Source: Lama guanicoe
Lineage: Eukaryota
Assembly (NCBI GenBank): GCA_013239625.1
Contig: MU053934.1
Location: 11,013,003 to 11,077,002, forward strand
Direction: 5' to 3'
Length of the DNA stretch: 64,000 bases
The first letter of the stretch is position 1. Every line of letters starts with the position of its first letter. Both the position numbers and the translations under genes were made by a program. Shown in pieces: positions 58,866 through 64,000 of the stretch. Under the pieces are notes generated by a model. That model made no database searches. It had not been told where the DNA came from and worked only from the letters and a program-made list of their open reading frames with translations.

Positions 58866-59789
58866 CCCCCATGGCGTCCTGAACATTATTCTACCCAACT
58901 CGATGTTCTGCAATGAAATTGAAGATATTTCAAGAGGAAAATGTGAAACAGAGGCATAGAAACTCCGTAGCAAAATGCCAGATGTCTAGTGAGGCAGGAC
59001 ATGTGAATATAAACCTTCTCACAATTACGAACATCCTAGGGGAGGAACTCAGTTCTAAAAGTTAAATCTCCTTGCGAGCGAAAGTCCAAGAACATTGAAG
59101 ACCAAGGGGATCGGAGTCCCCTCACCCCTGTCAGTAAACACTCGTGGAATCGTCATCACGTCCACGGTCTTGTCCTGCTGAATTCTCACGCAGGCTGCTT
59201 CTCAGTGCCAGGTGCGGCCGGGGCCCCTCGGCCGCCAGCTGCAGCCCGGGGCTGATGTCTGCCACTCGGGGCTGCTGTGAGCGCCATGAAGTGTCCCAGG
59301 AGCCTAGCGTTTGTAGGATTCCCAGTTGTGACGGGGACAGACCCAACGATACAGTACTGGCCTCGACCCCAGACTTAGAAGTCACGCCCAACGTTGGCCC
59401 CTAGGGCACGTTCCCAGGAAAATGGTCTTTCCAGAACCCAGAGATCACTGCTGCCGGGTGTGATGGGTCTGAGAGAAGGCTGTTGGGGAAGCTCGTCTTA
59501 GCTTTGCTTTCAGGGGCTGCCAACCAGTCTGCCAGTGGCCCAGCGTCCACGGCCTGAGATCCCAAACCCGCCTGGAAGAACTCCACGCAGAGGGCGTGCC
59601 CTCCCCACGCTGGAGGACACCGACCCACCCAGAGTTGCCAGGTGCCACGTCTCCCCACACCCTGCCTGGCGTGGAGCCTGCTCGCTGGGTAGCAGTGAGC
59701 TCCCACAGTCCTGCTTTTTGCCTCCTGTCTCACTGGCTGTCCCTCTGCCCCTTGCTCTAGAGTTCCTCAGTCTGAGGGGACTTGCCCCT

Positions 59790-60465
59790 GCAGGCCGTGC
59801 TGTGGGGGTGGCGGCGGGGGCGGATCACCGTCGTTTCCATCCGTGTCTCCCTGCTGATGAGTGACGCCGGGCGCCTTTTCCTGTGCGTAGCAGCCATTGT
59901 CTGTCTTCTTTGCAGAAACGTTCTTTCAAGCCCTTTGCCCATTTTTGAGCTGGGTTGTTTGCTTCCGTTGCAGCATTTTAGAAGTTCTGTTCACACTCTG
60001 TGTATTAATCCCTTACCAGATACATGATTTGCATATATTTTCTCCCATTCTGTGGGTCATCTTTTACTCTGTTCATAGTGTCTTTGATGCCCAGAAATGT
60101 TTAATTTTGATAAAATCCAGTTTGTTTTTTCTTTTGTTGTTTGTTCTTTTGGTGTCACATCCAAGCAATCACTGCCAGATCCAATGCCATGAAGCCTTTG
60201 CCCTGAATTTTCTTCTAAGACGTTTAAAGTTTTAGCCCTTAGATCTTTGATCAACGTCGAGCTAATTTTTGTACAGTGTTGAGTAACGATCTAACTTTAT
60301 TCTCTTGCATGTAGCTATCCAGTTTTCCCACCACTGTGCACTGAAAAGGCTGTCCTTTCCCGGTTGAATGCTCTTGGCACCCTTGTCAGAACCATCTGAC
60401 CGCATTTGTGGGTGTTCGCTCTGGCTTCTCCATTCTAGTCCATTGGTCTGTTTATCTGTGTGTCA
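59790..60465 (-). mobile_element. L1 ORF2 fragment
   Basis: IKDLRAKTLNVLEENSGQRLHGIGSGSDCLDVTPKEQTTKEK on the minus strand. Confidence 0.85.
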
Positions 60466-62274
60466 GTAACACTCTAAAACACATGTTTTTTGGAGCTTAA
60501 AGCCGTTCTCATGGCTTTAAGATCATGGAGGAGTCATTCTTCCTCAGTAAGACATTTACTTATTCTGTGACTGTTTTTCTTCTATGCCACAAAGACATGA
60601 CAATTAGCCCGTACATGAAGGCGCTTCCCTGACATTCTAGCGGGAGGGTCAGACTCCAGCCTTAGGAGCCGTGTGGTCTGTACCCCACAGGGAAAGCCCA
60701 GGGTCAGGAGGCCGGAGCAGGAGCGGCAGGGGACAGCTGGGAGAAGGGCCCGGGTCTCGCTAGGTGGACGGCAGGCCTGGCCGAGGCGGCCGCATTTGGG
60801 TGGAGGCTGGAGTAATGCCAGGGCCACTCTGGGGAGGGTCTGGGCGACCCCCAAGCAGGTGTCCGTGGTCCAGTCCTCTCATGTGCCTGTCCCCCCAGGG
60901 CTCGCTCATGCCCTAGCATTCTGACCACTGGCCCAGGGAGGCGAGCATCTTAAAGGACCCCGGGTGAATTCCAGGAGCACTTGGAGGAGAAGCTGAGGCT
61001 GCCTGACTGACTCCCCTGACTTGCCTCCGCCTCCCCTCCTCACCTGAACCCTCTGCCTTAGGATGACTTTTCACTCCATCACACGCTCCCTGCTCCTGCC
61101 CCTCCCTGTTTCCCCTTTTAGCCTCCTTCCCCGCCTCCAGCTGTCCTGGTGACACCCCAGGCCTCCCAGGGGATGACAGATGATGTGTGTGATGGATGAG
61201 GCGTCTCGCACGCATGCACCACAATCTAGCTTTGCAGATACCATCCTGACTCCAGCCGCCCTGGATGAGAGCTTCCTCACCTCCATCACCTCCTGCTGCT
61301 TCATGGCTCTGAAGCATCCAGGGGTCTTCCCCTTCTGTGCCAGTTTAGTGCGTGCGCATTGGACCGACCCTGCCAGTCCACGCCAGGCTCCAGGTGAGGA
61401 AGCACAGAGCTGCGGTGGGAGGCGGGGCTGCCTGGAGATGCGGCTGTGGTGGGGGCAGGTCCTACAGGGCAAGGATGAACACTCAGGACCTGAGCTTCAT
61501 CCCAGGCACTGAGGAGTCACCCAGGAGCTGGAGCAAGAGCATGACTCATCAGACCCATGGGAGCCGGTGTTAGAGCCATAGCCGGGCAGAGGCCACTGCA
61601 GGGGTCCGTGGGGTGTAACCCTATCCACACCACGGTGGGGAGGACCAAACAGGCTCCGGAGCTCTGCAGTGGCGGGGCAGGTGACCTAGGCAGTGTGGGT
61701 GGAGGGGCTGGGAGAAGGGAGGTCAGAGCTGACCCCAGAGCTCTGCCTTGGGCACCCAGGGTGATGGACACTGAGAAGGTGGTCAGCAAACGTCAAGACC
61801 AGTTGGGGATGAAGGTAACGTGTTCAGCAGGGACTTGAGTCCGAGGTGCTCACAGACGTGCAGGTGCGGACGTGCACCAGGCAGCTGGAGGTGTTTGTAG
61901 GTGGGGCTGGCTGGGCCCATCTTCAGGTCCTGGGACCTCCCGTGTCCCTCCCCACAGGAGATCAGCTGGTGGTGGCACTCGCCCCACTCCACTCTGCCCA
62001 CTCTGATCCCCACACACCCCTCCCATCCACCTCCAACCGGGGCCCCCACCCCAGGCATGGTTCCCACCCAGGCTCCTGGGAGCAGCCCCAGCACAGAGCA
62101 TGTGCTCAGAGTCTGGAGGGAGAAGTGAGCCCAGGGTAGTGAGAGCGAGGGACAGGCTCTGGAGGCAGGGAGAGAGGAGGACGGATACCGGTGACTCAGA
62201 CGGAGAGGCCAGGCCTCCCAGGGAAGCACAGCCGGGTGCTGCCTGCCTGGGCATGGCGGAGGGGGTGGGGGGTG

Positions 62275-62350
62275 NNNNNNNNNNNNNNNNNNNNNNNNNN
62301 NNNNNNNNNNNNNNNNNNNNNNNNNNNNNNNNNNNNNNNNNNNNNNNNNN
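62275..62350. other. Assembly gap (N-run) after a G-rich tract
   Basis: Ns in sequence. Confidence 1.
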
Positions 62351-64000
62351 GGAGGACTTCCCACGGCCACGCAGCTGTGAAGGGGACCCGGGATGCTAAT
62401 CTCACGGCCATACTGTTTCCCTCTGCTGCTGCTGGCCGGCCAGCACATCTCCACACGACTCCTTATTTAGTCACTAAGCAGCGTCCTGAAGGGGCCTCAG
62501 GAGCCACCCAGTTCCTAAAATGTTCCCTGCACGTCCTTTCCAGTTCAGATCAAAGGTTGCAACCCTGCTGCTCAGTTCAGTTCAGGGTTCGTGGCTCTGA
62601 CGGGCTCTCAAACAGAGGAGAGTGGCAGGGCTGGTCTGGGGCTGCAGGTGGCCAGGAGCCAGCATGGGTCCCAGGGAGTCGTGGACCAGGTGGCCAAGCC
62701 AGGTGAGTCAGAACCACAGACCAGGAGACAGGCCCCTGGGAGCTGAGCTAGGGGGCTGGATGGGAACGGGGCCGGATACCAAGATGCAGAAGCGCCAACA
62801 CCTGACCTTTTACCCGCGATGCCCTCAACACCCCCCACCCCCACAAACCTCCTCTCTTCCAGAAGTGATTGGCCAAGTTGTTTCCATGTTTCTTTGCAGC
62901 TGCTCACCCTCCTGGCTCCTCCCAGGGCAGTGATGCCCCGCACTCCCTCCGTCTAATCTCAGCCAGGGGAACCACCGAGAGCCCCACAGAGATGGTCTGA
63001 GAGCACAGAACGGCAGGGCCAGCTTCCCCTACAACTTGACCAGTGCTGGAAACCCTCAATGCCCGGGCTTGGATGAGGACCTGGAAGATGTTGTAACCCA
63101 CTCTTGCCAAGTCAGGAAACCCTAACAGCTCAGACTCGAGGGAGCCGCAGCAGAAGCAGAGCCTGGGTTGTCCTGCTTTGAGGACCCGAGACCCAGGGCA
63201 CCCCAGCTTCAGTATCCTGTCGGAAACGTGGGGCGAGCGGAAGCAGCCCACACCGTCGGCTGGCTGGTGTGAGGATGGTGGGGAGGCACCTGTGGGGCCC
63301 TGGACACCATCTTGGTGGCCGCCGTAGGTGCCAGCCTCCACCCCTGTCGGCATCATGGCCACAGCACCGTCCTTGTCACCCGTTCTCTCTTTCCTCCCTG
63401 GTTCCTTCCACTTGATGGTTTATCTTCACATTGAACCAAGGTCACCCACAGGCTGTGCGGGGAACCGAACCTGGGGTGTTCTCCGCCCTCCTGAAACACA
63501 TGAGCCACGTGTTGAACTAAGATCGTGGTCAGCACCTCGGCCAGCTCCCCCGGCCGCGTGGTCCTCTGCGCCTGTCTTTAGAACCACCGCCAGGCACAGC
63601 TGGCCCTCCGCGCACCTGCGCCGCGGGACAGCCTTGTCCCCACCACTCTGCCTGTGCCAGGTGGAGTCCGCCCTCACCTGCTCCCTCCAGTGCGTTCCTG
63701 CGTGGGCCGTTTCTGCCCCTTGGCCACAAGTGCCCCACGAGGGCCTCAGCTGCATGCTGCGAGCACAGTGCCTCCGCCAGCTCTGGCGGGCCCGGTGCTT
63801 CCAAAACAAGATGGGAAAAGGCAGGTCAGGCACGGCGGACCCCGGAGGTGCTGCCGGGTCCCCGGCAAGAGCGGGCGTGCCACCCGCTTCCTGGAGTGCC
63901 CCCTGCACCCCACCTGCATCAGCCCCCTCGGTGCTGAGCGGGGCAGCAAGGGGGCCCGCATCCTGCCACCTCTCCTTCCCTCGACCCAGCGCCCCTCCTC

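Noticed and set aside
59131..63400. Protein-like short ORFs (59131-59391, 61071-61512, 62904-63362)
   Set aside because: No family recognised in any frame and no consistent splice chain; not excluded without BLAST.
1..64000. CRISPR arrays, operons or other prokaryotic systems; assignment to a named mammalian locus
   Set aside because: The sequence is mammalian with no repeat-spacer array, and no exon was recognised that would justify a gene symbol.

Overview
Mammalian (placental) genomic DNA, very likely a camelid, judged from tRNA-Ala-derived vic-1-type SINEs plus cetartiodactyl-type L1 3' ends and an ERV1-type LTR. The window is GC-rich and essentially non-coding. I could not recognise any protein-coding gene; the many ORFs are explained by high GC, simple repeats, N-gaps or decayed L1/hAT ORFs. 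Contents: a promoter-like CpG island near 1.6-3.6 kb, a second GC-box CpG island near 42.5-43.4 kb, a recent 2.3-kb tandem duplication (4470-9000), many L1/L2/MIR/MLT/ERV/hAT fossils (several nested or 5'-inverted), microsatellites and three assembly gaps. Short AT-rich, homeodomain/GATA-motif-dense islands look like developmental enhancers in a gene desert or long intron. The most notable signals are (i) sharply localised AT->GC rewriting of transposon fossils, consistent with GC-biased gene conversion hotspots, (ii) a probable posterior-HOX/CDX enhancer array, (iii) the microhomology-joined tandem duplication and (iv) a 26-bp copy inserted into an L1 2 kb from its twin. I found no convincing new gene system. 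Repeat family names are from recalled consensus sequences, and repeat boundaries are approximate.
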